This document shows, one piece after another, positions 51,788 through 64,000 of a DNA stretch of 64,000 bases. A program made the position numbers and the translations under genes. A model generated the notes under the pieces. It was not told the DNA's origin and searched no databases. It saw only the letters and a program-made list of their open reading frames with translations. The stretch is from Octopus vulgaris (Eukaryota). Location of the stretch: contig OX597823.1 in the NCBI GenBank assembly GCA_951406725.2, positions 81,406,001 through 81,470,000 on the forward strand, given 5' to 3'. The stretch's first letter is position 1; every line of letters starts with the position of its first letter.

Positions 51788-52274
51788 ATTTATTTATTTA
51801 TTTATTTATCTATTTATGTGTGAGTGTGTCTTTGTATCTGTGTTGTCGCCTCACCATTGCTTGGCAACCAATGATAGTGTGCTTATGTCTCCATAACTTA
51901 GTGGTTCGGCAAAGAGACCAATAAAATAAGTACTAGGCTGACGAAGAATAAGTCCTGAGGTCGGTATGTTTAACTAAAACCCTTTAAGGCAGTGCTCCAG
52001 CATGGTCGTAGTCAGATAACTGAAAAAGGTGAAGGAATATTTTCGTGCTCTTTTTTTCCCTTATTTTAAAAAACATTTTACTTGTTTCAATCATTTCCGC
52101 ATAGTGATCATCTCTCATATGTATGTAATACAATTTACTGAACCATCAGATTTTAATATGCTAGACAACTGGTTTTAAATTGATGTTAATCAAATTGATA
52201 TCCAATTTTTCACCCTCATTTTAAATTTACACACACACATATATATATCAAATGGAAATTGTAGTTATGATGCT

Positions 52275-52586
52275 TGTGCCGGCGGCACGTAAAAAGCACC
52301 ATCCGAACGTGGCCGCTGCCAGTGCCATCTTGACTGGCTTCTGTGCCGGTGGCATGTAAAAAGCACCAACCAATCGTGGCTGCTGCCAGCCTCCCCTGGC
52401 ACCTGTGCCGGTGGCACGTTAAAAGCACCCACTACACTCACGGAGTGGTTGGCGTTAGGAAAGGTATCCAGCTGTAGAAACACTGCCAGATCAGACTGGA
52501 GCCTGGTGCAGCCTCCTGGCTTCCCAGACCCCGGTCGAACCATCCAACCTGTGCTAGCACAGAAAACGGACATTAAATGATGATGA

Positions 52587-52590
<4 letters not shown>
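52275..52590 (+). mobile_element. Family D element
   Basis: Subrepeats and tail well preserved, CpGs largely intact. Confidence 0.85.
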
Positions 52591-52639
<49 letters not shown>

Positions 52640-53307
52640 CATGTGCATGTATATATATATGTGTGTGTGTGTGTGCGTGTGCATGTGCATCAGTGTATGT
52701 GCACACATGTGTGTGTATCTGTGCATCCCTGTATATGTGTCTCGGTTTACTAAATAAGATATAACACTGTTTCCCCTCTGCCTGGATCTGATATACAAGC
52801 CATATGTTACTTGACTTATAAGGTTTCCAAAATGTCAGAGATGCTTCATTGGGTCCTTTCTACCTTTAACCATTTGTATCTAGTGTAAATATTTACTGCT
52901 TAATCTAAGATAAGACCAGGAAATTCTAAAAGAAACACTTCACAACATTGGTTTGCTATTCTCCTGACCAAATTGGGTATAAAATAGTTCAGTTTTTTTC
53001 ACAAAAATTTTCTTTGTTTTTTCTTTTTCATATTTGTTTTCATTTGAACATCAACTTATACATGTAGATAGTTTATTTCTTGTACATGTGAATATGTGTC
53101 AACACGCACACATTCACACACACATACAGACTCACAAATGTACTGTAACACACTCTACTGTACATGTACTGTAACACACTCTAACAAACACACGTATTAG
53201 CACACACACACACACACACACTAGTACACACACTCACTGGCATACAGACACCTATTTGTCTGTCTGTCTGTCTGTCCTCTGTATGTCTATCTATCTGTAT
53301 CTATCTT

Positions 53308-53338
<31 letters not shown>

Positions 53339-53363
53339 ATATCTATCTATCTATCTATCTATC

Positions 53364-53421
<58 letters not shown>

Positions 53422-54724
53422 GTCTGTTTTCCTGTATGTCTGTTTATCTATTTGTCTGTCTGTCTATTAATCAATCAGTTAATCTATATACCTTTCTATC
53501 TATCTATTTGTCTCTTTTTCTCTCTCTCTGTCTATCAATTCATCCAACAATCCATTCATATAAATAGTTGAGAAATTTTGATTTTCTATTCAAACTTTTA
53601 TCACTTTGGAACAATATTGTGATTTTTTTCTGTTTTAGTTTGCTAGGCAGTGTATATTAGAACAGAAATTTCAGTTTGTATATGGATTTGTGAAACTCTA
53701 GTTTATTTTAAAAGTGATAGATCTTGTTTACAATAAGAATCAGATACACTTGTCATATTTGTTTTCTTTAAGTCTTCTTAAAGGTAAGCATATGTTGATA
53801 ATATCATATTTTAAAATAATTTTTAGTGAGTCCAACATAAGAATAGGTAGCACTGTTATTTATTATGACTATTTCACTAGTAAGCAAATGAAGATGAATC
53901 ACTTCTTTTAAAAGCAAACCCAACTGAGACTATGTTACCCTCAGAACAAAAAGCTATTTTTCTTCCATATGGTATAATGATACTTTCATAATGGAATCGT
54001 TCAAAGATATGAATGGTCAATATTGCAAATTTACACAATTTCATGCAACAGAATTTTACCCCTCCACAAAAATCTTTAATTTTTTGTCAGTAATTTTGTA
54101 CCAATTAGTGACTCCAGTATTGATATTATTTATTCAGCAGAGATATTCCTTCTATCATTTGATAACTTATTCTGAGTTAAATAGAACCTGTTATTTGTTT
54201 TGCTTTGTAGTGTGGTATAAATAAGACCTTTATCAATTCCTGGGGTTCCTTCGAATGATCTCTGGTGTAATGGTACTTGACAAAACACTTAAGTCAGAGA
54301 TCAGGAAGTCTCTTCCAGGACAAGCTAGCACTTCTCCACATTGAGAGATCATGGTTCTAGTACTAAGGACATGTGATTAGAATGCTGCAGGAAAAGATCA
54401 CAGGGCAAATTCTTGAAACTGAGCCCCAATTGGTAGGGAATCTAGGAGAAGACTGAAAATGAGATGATGGGATAATTTCCATTGTCTCAGTTTGTTATAC
54501 ATGGGAATCCAGCTGGATAGTGTAATGATGAATGCTTCTGATAGGACCCTAAGGAGAAGGTATTCAAGGACTCTACATCCCACAAGCCTCCCAGAAAAAG
54601 TTGATGGCTGGATGGATGGATGAATGGGTAGAAGGGTAGGAGACAGGTCCATTTTTACAGGTAATGTTCTCATACACACATATATATATACATACATATT
54701 ACGCACTCATATATACATATATAT

Positions 54725-54760
<36 letters not shown>

Positions 54761-54763
54761 CAT

Positions 54764-54939
54764 AGGCGTAGGAGTGGCTCTGTGGTAAGTAGCTTGCTTA
54801 TCAACAACATAGTTCTGGGTTCAGTCCCACTGCATGGCACCTTGGGCAAGTGTCTTCTACTATAGCCTGGGGCCAACCAAAGCCTTGTGAGTGGATTTGG
54901 TAGACAGAAACTGAAAGAAGCCTGTCGTATATATGTATG

Positions 54940-55007
<68 letters not shown>

Positions 55008-55223
55008 TTTATCTGTGTTTGTCCCCCCAACATCGCTTGACAACTGATGCTGGTGTGTTTTTGTCCCCGTAACTTAGCAGTTCGACAAAAAAGAGACCTC
55101 TAGAATAAGTACTAGGCTTACAAAGAATAAGTCCTGGGATCGATTTGCTCGACTAAAAGGCGGTGCTCCAGCATGGCCACAGTCAAATGACTGAAACAAG
55201 TAAAAGAGTAAAAGAGTAAAGAG
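54764..55223 (+). mobile_element. Family A SINE, full length
   Basis: ggcgtaggagtggc..ggttcagtccc, internal (TA)n(TG)n, tail ggcggtgctccagcatggccacagtcaaatgactgaaac then (aagagta)n. Confidence 0.9.
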
Positions 55224-56109
55224 TATTTGATGAAACACCAATATGGGAACAAATGTTCACAGACATAAGAGTAGTGGTCGACTACTCAATGAATGAACTG
55301 CACTGAAATTGAACTCACTTTCTTCATGTTGATGGTATAATAAATACTACTACAACCACTTGGTGAAATTTGATACTTATCCTCTTCAGTATGGAAAATG
55401 ATTGTAGCTTGTTTCTTGCAACTTAATTTATTCATTGGTGTATGTGAAGAATGATGGTATTGATCCAGGACTGATTACATGCAACACAATCAACGAACTA
55501 AGAATTCAACCTGAGGCTGTCTGCAAATCATTAAAGGTATCAGCAGGCTTCCTTATTATATGAATACAGAGTGAGAGTAGATAAAGAAGAGGGGAATCTG
55601 AGAAGCTGGTACTATTAGACTGTACTGTGAGTAATATAGATGAAGAAGACTAGGTGGAAGAGCCAGGATTGTAAATGGATCCTAAGCCGTGTTATCTTAT
55701 TGTACTGACAATCTTAATGTAGGAATCGCTAAAGCACTTTTTATCATGTTGTTTTAAGAATGAATCCTGTAAACATAGCTGAAAGTTAAGAATGCACATA
55801 TCCTATAGCATTCTGATGTAGTATACTTGATATGTTTTGATAACATGGAATTAACCAGCACTTCGACTAAACTCGTTGAAAACTTAATTCTTACTTACTT
55901 GTTACAGTTTAATCGTTAGTTTGCAGTGAGTGTTTATTTGAAACAGTTTGTATGAGGTGTTAGTTATTGGTTTAGCGTTTGCATATGGTTTAAATCCACA
56001 CACACTTACTGTTTCAGATGTTTGAATTTCTGCTTTTTTTATTTTGTATATATTATCATCACAAATTCTAGTGCTTGTTGTTGTGTGATGGTTCAATGAC
56101 TTCAAGAGT

Positions 56110-56545
56110 TACACCAGTGGAGTGTAAGTTCCTGGTGGGGTCTCCCATGCTGGATAGGTCAAAGGAGAGATAGACCAGACTCATATGGACCATCGTTTCT
56201 TTCTGGGAAGGATTGACACATATGGGTTTGCTTTGGGTCCAACACCTAAGCCTAGAAAAATGAGAAGCAAGGTTACAGAAATGTCAGTAACAATTCAAAA
56301 CCTACAACACCTGAGAGAGGAAGGCCTTCTCTCAGGGACATGCCAGGCTCTGTCCTGGAACCTACAAGAGAGCCCCAACAGGACATCCTAAAAGTAGCTA
56401 GAGGTGGGGATACTGAGACTGAGCTGAAAAAGCAAGAATCTGATTGGAAAGAAGCAGAAAACCACCCCCAGCTCAGAGTTGAGAATTGTGGAGAAAAGTC
56501 TTTGATGGCCTATGCTCCATAAGGCTTTATAAGGAAAGAAACAAG
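56110..56545 (+). mobile_element. Internally deleted RTE-type element (putative 5' UTR joined to the 3' end)
   Basis: CQALSWNLQ..GHPK..WRKVFDGLCSI resembles the RTE terminus; upstream GC-richer leader. Confidence 0.55.
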
Positions 56546-56631
56546 AATTGTGTATCTGAAGTATACTCTTGTCAGGGATCCCATGACAAACTGGTGAAAC
56601 CTGCTACTAAAGTAACTAAAGTTACCGTCTT

Positions 56632-56866
56632 CAGCCGTGCTGACTCATAAGGGCTGTTTTCCAGGTTTCTTGGCATAAAAAATTCCCTGCCTAGATGGGA
56701 CGTGGGTCCAATGTAGGATTACTACTTTTTGCCAGCTGAGTAGACTGGAGCAATGTGAAATGAAGTGTTTTGCTCAAGAACACAATGCATTGCCTGGTTC
56801 AGAAATTGAAACCACACTCTTATGATCATGAGTCCAACACCCAAACCACTAAGCCATGCATCTCCA
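56632..56866 (-). mobile_element. Family C SINE
   Basis: Reverse homolog of 10546-10800. Confidence 0.8.
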
Positions 56867-57261
56867 CTGAAACCTGCTACTGGTATCATGTAATCAATGA
56901 TTGAATGATCGGTGGCTAAACTGGATCCCCCCACTTGAGTGGCTCATTACTCTTGTGAGGAGGACATCTGGACATCAAGCAGGACTATAAACAACACCTG
57001 TCAAAGGATGGATAAGTTCCTTGTTGACCAGTGGTCTTGCAAGTGGTAAAGGCAATGGCAATTCACCCAAGTATCCTTGTCAAGAAAACTCTATGAGGAA
57101 GTTATAATGAAGTAATGTTATAGCTTCATCTGATAGGAGAACTCATGCTTAATTGAGAAGGCTTTTATTGTGGTGTCATCAACACACTGCAACACACTTT
57201 TATTGTGGTGTCATCAACTCATGATACATGACGTTGATGGTATCTAAAGTAATAAGGTATC

Positions 57262-57495
57262 TAAGGCGGCAAGCTGGCAGAATCGTTAGCACGCTGGGTG
57301 AAATGCTCAGCTTATTTTGTCTGCTGCTATGTTCTGAGTTCAAATTCCGCTGAGGTTGACTTTGCCTTTCATCCTTTCGGGGTTGATTAAATAAGTACCA
57401 GTTATGCACTGGGGTCGATATAATCGTCTTAATCCATTTGTCTGTCCTTGTTAGTCCCCTCTGTGTTTAGCCCCTTGTGGGTAGTAAAGAAACAC
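57262..57495 (+). mobile_element. Family B SINE, full length
   Basis: taaggcggcaagctggcagaatcgttagc..gagttcaaattcc; flanked by gtatctaaagtaat duplication. Confidence 0.85.
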
Positions 57496-58264
57496 GTATC
57501 TAAAGTAATTCAGTTTGACTCAGTCCATCTCTCTTGAAAGTAAACTCTGTGAAGCATTTGGTTGAAGCATTGCAAATATTCAATGAACTTGCACTCATCA
57601 GTTATTGAGTGCTACTCTTACCTAAAATGAATAGCAGTATCACTACATTCTACTTATTTACAATTGGGTTAATGATCCAATTGAAAGCTAAGTGTCTTGG
57701 CCATATAGTCAGTGATATCAGACATCTGTTGAGTTGATTGTGTTATGTACTCAGCGTCAAACAGTTAGAAGCAGCAAGCAGTAAATTTGAATTATGGAGC
57801 AAATTAAATAGAATAAAAATTATGATCATATCAGATATTCTGCTACTGAATAAATGACTAGATATTAGATTTTAAAACTTGCCAACCTGTCTAATGTTAC
57901 TCAGAGATTATAGCTCATGGCTCTCATCTGTCTCATCTATTATACTGTAATGATTCTGAAGTGATTAAGAAGACTAATGTGAAGACTTTCCAACACAAAA
58001 CTTTCTAGAAATCAAATATTAACTTTAGACCAGATCACATTGAAAGATTACCTTAACTTAGTCAATATCATATTAAGAAAAATAATTATGAAGCAAAAGT
58101 TATTTTTCTATTTTTGCTGATGAAAACAGACAAAGCAAGCACTACCAAAACAAATCTAACCCAATGACTTCTTGAATTACTTCCAAAATCTCAATGTACT
58201 TGAATTTTTTTATGAAAACGGAACTAATAAGAAAGACAGGCAGGGTGAGGGGAGAGAATTAGTT

Positions 58265-58313
<49 letters not shown>

Positions 58314-58793
58314 GCAGCATTATATCTTGGTTTCACTTTAAGATGTAATCGTATTTAAGCAAAATAATACAATAAAATGGAAAACAAAAGAAAAATAATA
58401 GTAATGAAAAAATTAAAACAAATAAACTTTGGAATGTTCTGTTTAGTCAGTGAAGTATGAAATCAGATGAGTTCATGGATAGAAAACAGTCTACTTGTCA
58501 TACAATATACATTATATATATATGTGTGTGTATATATATATATATGTATGATATATGCTTGCATATGTGCGCACTCTCTCACATGTATGTGTATGATTTT
58601 ACCAATATTAATTTTTCTTCTTTTTATTTCTATATACACTTTTATATTTTAAGATTTCAAATAAAAATATATTTGGTTTTCCATTTTTATTTATTTTTAA
58701 AAGTCATTTATTTAACATTGTTTGACTTAAAAGGATATAAATTCAAAGAATGGACAAAGCAAAACAATTTGTACATCAATAACAATGTCAATG

Positions 58794-58830
<37 letters not shown>

Positions 58831-59426
58831 CGATGATAAGGATAATAATATAATAACATGTTCAAACATTCAGAATATTGAAGTAAAAGATGGTTAACAA
58901 TACTTTTATATGTGTTAATCCTTTGATGGTAATGTTTGAGAGAAAATGTGTACAAATAGGTTTTAATTCATTGTAGAGTTGATTTCAACACAAGAGTAAA
59001 TGTTCTCTTCAAAGTTGAAATTTTGATCAAACTAAACCAAGAAGATAAACAAAGAAGCCCTTTATGACTTGTGAGTGAAAGAATGGAGCAGATTTCAAAA
59101 TTGGTAGGGTGTTTAGAGTATTTTTGAAGTCCTCATTTACATGCAATTTATTTTGGGTACAATACCCAGGCAAGTTTATCCCTCTTCTGGCAATACCCAT
59201 TATATTTTCCTACGCCAACAAATATAGTTTTATTCCTTATAATTTGTATGGCTTAGTCAAAGCAAGAAGAACTGAACCAAATAACCTTTTACAGGACTTT
59301 TGAGGATGGAAGGGGAAAAGCAGAAACCATGATATGTAGGTTATCCTCAGAATGGACATGACATTTGTTTTCAAATGTTTGTGATAAAGTGGTTTCTACT
59401 GAAGTAACCCAAAGACCAGGTGATGG

Positions 59427-59836
59427 TTTTCAAACTCCACCTGTGTAACACCCCTGGACATGTTTGCAAAGTCACCTTTTCAAACTCCACCTGTCTGACA
59501 CCCGTGGACATGTTTACAAAATCAGAAAATAGCACAGCTCTCATGACTTTCGGAAACATTTTTTCATGCAAAGAGTTGCTGAAGCATGGAACAAACTGCC
59601 GGCATCACTTGTTAGTTGTCGGAGCACTGCATCCTTCAAAACTTCCATGCTTCCTGAGATTCACCAACACTACACCTAACTTTCTCCCCGCCATACACAC
59701 GCAAGCATGTATCTGACTCAAACATTGTTCACTTCCCAGACATTTGTACATTAAGGCACATGCTTTATATGCACTTTTGACAAGTTGTGGTGCACCTGAG
59801 CACTGTATACAATAATTTCATCATTATTATTATTAT
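59427..59836 (+). mobile_element. CR1/L2-like LINE 3' end with 5' junction duplication and a (TAT)n tail
   Basis: TRGHVYKIRK*HSSHDFRKHFFMQRVAEAWNKLPASLVSCRSTASFK; first ~45 bp repeated at about 59427 and 59477. Confidence 0.85.
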
Positions 59837-60057
59837 TTTTTAAATTGCATGGTTAAGTCTACCACTGAAGAACAGGTGTGGTTCATCTGATGAACAACCT
59901 GCTCAGTTTCTGTCTACCCACTTTCTGCCAAGGTTGGGATTGAACTGTGAAGAACTGAACTGAGCCAGACACTTGCTGGAGGTGCTGTGCATTGAGATTG
60001 GGTCTGAAACCGTGTGATTGCCAAGTCTGTTCTTGTAATCATGTCTTTTATTTTTTG

Positions 60058-60675
60058 TCTTTTACTTGTTTCAGTCATTGGCTGGTGACCATGCTAGGGT
60101 ACTGCATTGAAGGGTATTAGTCAAGCAAATTGCCCCCATCTCCAATTTTTTCTTAAGCTTGATACTTATTCTATTGGCCTCTTAAGCTGAGCCACTAAGT
60201 TACAATGATGTAAACACACCAACTCTGGTTGTCAATGCAAAGACACACATATATAGGTACATATACACACGTGTGTGTGATGGGCTTCTTTCAGTTTCTG
60301 TCTACCAAATTTGCTCACAAGGTGTTGGTTGACCCAAGGATAAATTAGAAGACACTTACCCAAGGTGCTATTTGGTGGGATCGAACCCAGAACTATGTGG
60401 TTGGTAAGCAAGCTTCTTAATTCTTTATTGCCCACAATGGGCTAAACATAGAGGGGACAAACAAGGACAGACAAAGGGACTAAGTTGATTACATTGACCC
60501 CAGTGCGTAACTGGTACTTATTTAATCGGCCCCGAAAGGATGAAAGGCAAAGTCGACCTTGGCGGAATTTGAACTCAGAATGTAATGGCAGATGAAATAC
60601 CGCTAAGCATTTAGCCTGGCATGCTAATGTTTCTGCCAGCTCGCCACCTTCTTATCACACAGCAATACCTGCCCC
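60058..60675 (-). mobile_element. Family A SINE with a family B SINE (60420-60650) inserted in its tRNA head
   Basis: The A head continues as cttatcacacagc..cct after the B copy. Confidence 0.75.
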
Positions 60676-61010
60676 TAATTCCCCTGGTAGTAATCCTTTT
60701 GGATTACTATGTGTGGGGCACAGTTGAGAAAGACATCAACCACACTGCCTGCAATTTGCAGGTCGAGTTGGTGGCCAAGATCAAGCAGGTGTTTGAAGAT
60801 CTTCTTAGCGACACAATGAGAAATGCATATGCCTGGCTTTGGAGCCATCTTGGGGCTGTGACAGAAGCAGAGGGTGGCTACTTTGAATAAGCTGCCAGCC
60901 ATAATCTAGTTGATTATTTTGATTGTTTAAAATGCTTTTATTTCTGGACAGGATGTTGTGGTTTCCTTTTCTTAAATGCAAACTGTCAAATTTAGCTCAG
61001 ACACCTTGTA
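60676..61010 (+). mobile_element. Tc1/mariner transposase C-terminal relic and 3' TIR
   Basis: SPGSNP/LDYYVWGTVEKDIN..LVAKIKQVF..LGAVTEAEGGYFE* (SPDLNP-like); ends ctcagacaccttg followed by TA. Confidence 0.85.
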
Positions 61011-61557
61011 TATTTCAAGTTGTTTGAACAAATAAGATTTTGTTAGTTTTTAAAATCTTTTATTGGTTTTTCAGTCTCTGTCAATTTCTTATTGTCTTAA
61101 GCTTGTAATCAGTGTCCCATCGTATATCATTTGATCAATTTCTTCAACTAAACTTGCAATGGTGTCTGCAGTATCATCATCTCCTTGCAGATTATTTCTT
61201 TTCAGTCCAATTTATTATCAATGCTATTCTTCAAAACGCTCTTGGAAACTATAAGTTCATGTAAAACATTCTAAACTATTTTAACTCAGGTGGGAACAAT
61301 AGTGAGGTCAGGCCTTTTGAGATTGCCTCCAGCTGTTATTTCCCCTTCATTTGCTGCTCTTCCCTTAGAGATTGTTTATTTTATTTACTTGGCATTTCCT
61401 GCAGCTAGGTTCTGTTCTTTCTCCACAAATTAATATTCTCAACAACACCAAACTTCCAGCTGTTCTTTTTAGCAAGTTATTTGATATTTAAGTTGAAAAT
61501 TATTTTATTGTAAGTACTATGTCTTTCTCTACATCCATTCTCTTATTATAAGAGTAT

Positions 61558-61938
61558 AGGCGCAGGAGTGGCTGTGTGGTAAGTAGCTTGCTTACCAACC
61601 ACATGGTTCCGGGTTCATTCCCACTGCGTGGTGCCTTGGGCAAGTGTCTTCTACTGTAGCCTCAGGCCGACCAAAGCCTTGTGAGTGGATTTGGTAGACG
61701 GAAACTGAAAGAAGCCCGTCGTATATATGTGTGTGTGCTTGTGTCCAACATCATTTGACAACCGATGCTGGTGTGTTTACGTGTCCATAACTTAGCAGTT
61801 TGGCTAAAGAGACCGATAGAATAAGTACTAGGCTTACAAAGAATAAGTCGCAGGGTAGATTTGCTCGACTAAAGGCGGTGCTGTAGCATGGCCGTAGTCA
61901 AATGACTGAAACAAGTAAAAGAGTAAAAGAGAAAAGAG
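61558..61938 (+). mobile_element. Family A SINE, full length and young
   Basis: CpG-rich, complete head and tail. Confidence 0.9.
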
Positions 61939-61941
61939 AAT

Positions 61942-62150
61942 ATATTGGTTTCTAACTTTGGCACAAGGTTAGCAATTTCAGAGGGGTGGGTTACATTTAT
62001 GTATTCAACTGATGCTTATTTTATCAGCCCTGGAAAGATGAAAGGCAAAGTTGACCTCAGCAGAATTTGAACTGAGAAATAAGGATGGATGAAATGCCAC
62101 TAAGCATTTTACCTGGTTTTCTAATGATTCTGCTTGCTTGCCACCTTAAT
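61942..62150 (-). mobile_element. Family B SINE
   Basis: Reverse family B core; a + copy lies at about 62370-62550. Confidence 0.75.
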
Positions 62151-62223
62151 AAGAGTATATATATTAAAATAGAAATAATACATTTCTAAATATCTCAGAG
62201 AGATTTATGCAGTAGTAGTACAA

Positions 62224-62339
62224 TAAAGTAGTTGTATACTGTCAACTTAAATGTGACAGTCCCATGAAGGGCTAAATAACAGTAGTATTATTCCTTTCAT
62301 GGGTCTGACACATTAAGTTGACAGTATACAACTACTTTA
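62224..62339. repeat. Near-perfect fold-back with ~48-bp arms
   Basis: taaagtagttgtatactgtcaacttaa..cccatgaa / ttcatggg..ttaagttgacagtatacaactacttta. Confidence 0.85.
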
Positions 62340-62664
62340 GTATATATATTGAACTGGCAAAAAGGTAGCCATCTTGTAGAATATATCAGCCTGTCAGACA
62401 AAATGCTCAGCAGCATTTCCTCTGGCTCTTTACGTTCTGAGTTCAAATCCTGCTGAGGTCAATTTTCCTTTCATCTCTTCAAGGTTGATAAAATAAGTAC
62501 CAGTCATGTACTGAGGTTGATGTGATTGACTTGTCCCATCCCCTCAAAACTGTGTGCTTTGAACCCTGCATCGGACCAGTGTCTGTTTCAGAAGGAATGT
62601 TGTGATTGCAGTCACTTATACGCTGTGGAAAGTGGGTAACTGACTTTATGAGTCCTACTGCTTG

Positions 62665-63038
62665 ATTGTGTGGTAGAAAGTATACTTCTAAACTGCATGG
62701 TTCTGGGTTCAGTCCTACTGTATGGCACCCCGTGCAAGTGTCTTCTATTATAGCCTTGGGCCAATCAAAGCCTTGTGAGTGGATTTGGTACACGGAAACT
62801 GAAAGAAGCCTGTCGTATATATGTATGTGTGTATATGTTTGTGTCTGTGTTTGTCCCCCCAACATCACTTGACAACCAATGCTGGAGTGTTTACGTCACT
62901 GTAACATAGCGGTTCAGCAAAAGAGACCGATAGAATAAGTTCTAGGATTACGAAAATTAAGTCCTGGGGTAGATTTGCTCGACTAAAGGCGGTGCTCTAG
63001 CATGGCTGCAGTCAAATGACTGAAGCAAGTAAAAGAGT
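62665..63038 (+). mobile_element. Family A SINE
   Basis: Head, internal microsatellite and tail present. Confidence 0.85.
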
Positions 63039-63294
63039 GTGTGTGTGTGTGTGTCTTTGAGTTTGTCCCTCACCACTGCTTGATCCTGTAACTTAGCAGT
63101 TTGGAAAAAGAGATGAATAAAATAAGTACTGGGCTTAAAAAATCACTTCTAGGTTCAATCCATTTGACAGTACCACAGTATGGCCACAGTCTAATGAGCA
63201 ATACAAGTAAAAGAATAAATGTACATTTTAAAAATATTTTTTCATGACTAGCATGCATCAGTGATGTAATTTTCTCATTTTAGACTGGAATCAA

Positions 63295-63832
63295 TTAAAC
63301 TGGCCATATCTGGCCTAAATATTTTACCTGATTTGTGTTGAAAACGGCTAGATTTGGCTTTGCACACCTACTCTGTAATGTCATTCTAAAAATAAATATT
63401 CATATCATGAAAATCTTAAAGCATTGAGATAATACATGATTAACACATAAAATGTGATAGGCCACAAATGTGGCTGTCAGGCACAGGTTGACAGGCCACG
63501 ATTGTGGCCCAGATAGATGCATTTAATTCATGGGCGTTTGTTGGGGTCTAATGTCACTCAAACGCTCCGATACCCCACCAGAATGCAAGAGGACTAATAG
63601 TTCAACTAATGACTTTTCAGATGATGTAAAACTTGTCGCCGTTATTTACTAAGAAGATATTTTAACTATTTTTTTTGTTTTTTATGTGTGCATGGTAGTC
63701 TCATTTTCATAAAATGTGCTCAGCAGTCCATGCTATGTAAATGCAAATCCCAGTGCTTTATGGGTTAATTAAAAACAATTTGAATAAATAAGCATTACAT
63801 TTGACAGAGTAATCTGAAGGCTAAAGGGTTAA
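63295..63832. mobile_element. piggyBac-like MITE (same family as 9638) with an internal insertion
   Basis: ggccatatctggcc.aaatatt..aatgtcattctaaaa; ends ctaaagggttaa. Confidence 0.65.
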
Positions 63833-64000
63833 GTAATAACTTTTAAACAATTGAGTTAGAACATCACTCCACCAGCATACTCTCTTTTACTTGTTCCAGT
63901 CATTTGACTGTGGCCATGCTGGAGCACTGCCTTTAGTCAAGAAAATCGACCCCAGGACTTATTCTTTGAAAGCCTAGTACTTATTCTATCGGTCTCTTTT

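Noticed and set aside
54250-54560. Possible LINE AP-endonuclease remnant on the minus strand
   Set aside because: Only a vague HVL..SD resemblance, too weak to call.

Overview
Eukaryotic, AT-rich, repeat-saturated DNA with no intact protein-coding gene that I can support. It is most likely intronic or intergenic coleoid cephalopod (Octopus-like) sequence, inferred from the microsatellite load and the SINE families. Nearly all ORF-track entries are translations of microsatellites or SINEs. The window contains four recurring short interspersed families (my labels A-D) and decayed LINE fragments (RTE, CR1/L2-like, R4/Dong-like). It also holds Tc1, mariner and Tigger/pogo transposase relics, piggyBac-like and hAT-like MITEs, a Helitron-like element and a Penelope-like (PLE) GIY-YIG relic. 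The most unusual signal is a set of fold-back elements carrying minimal type I hammerhead ribozyme motifs (7 motifs at 5 loci). One of these, 40675-41259, is TSD-flanked and joins a tRNA-type Pol III head, an (AAT)n spacer and a hammerhead-bearing PLE-like tail, which suggests a SINE mobilised by Penelope-type machinery. All assignments come from reading the sequence by eye, no searches were run, and boundaries are approximate.
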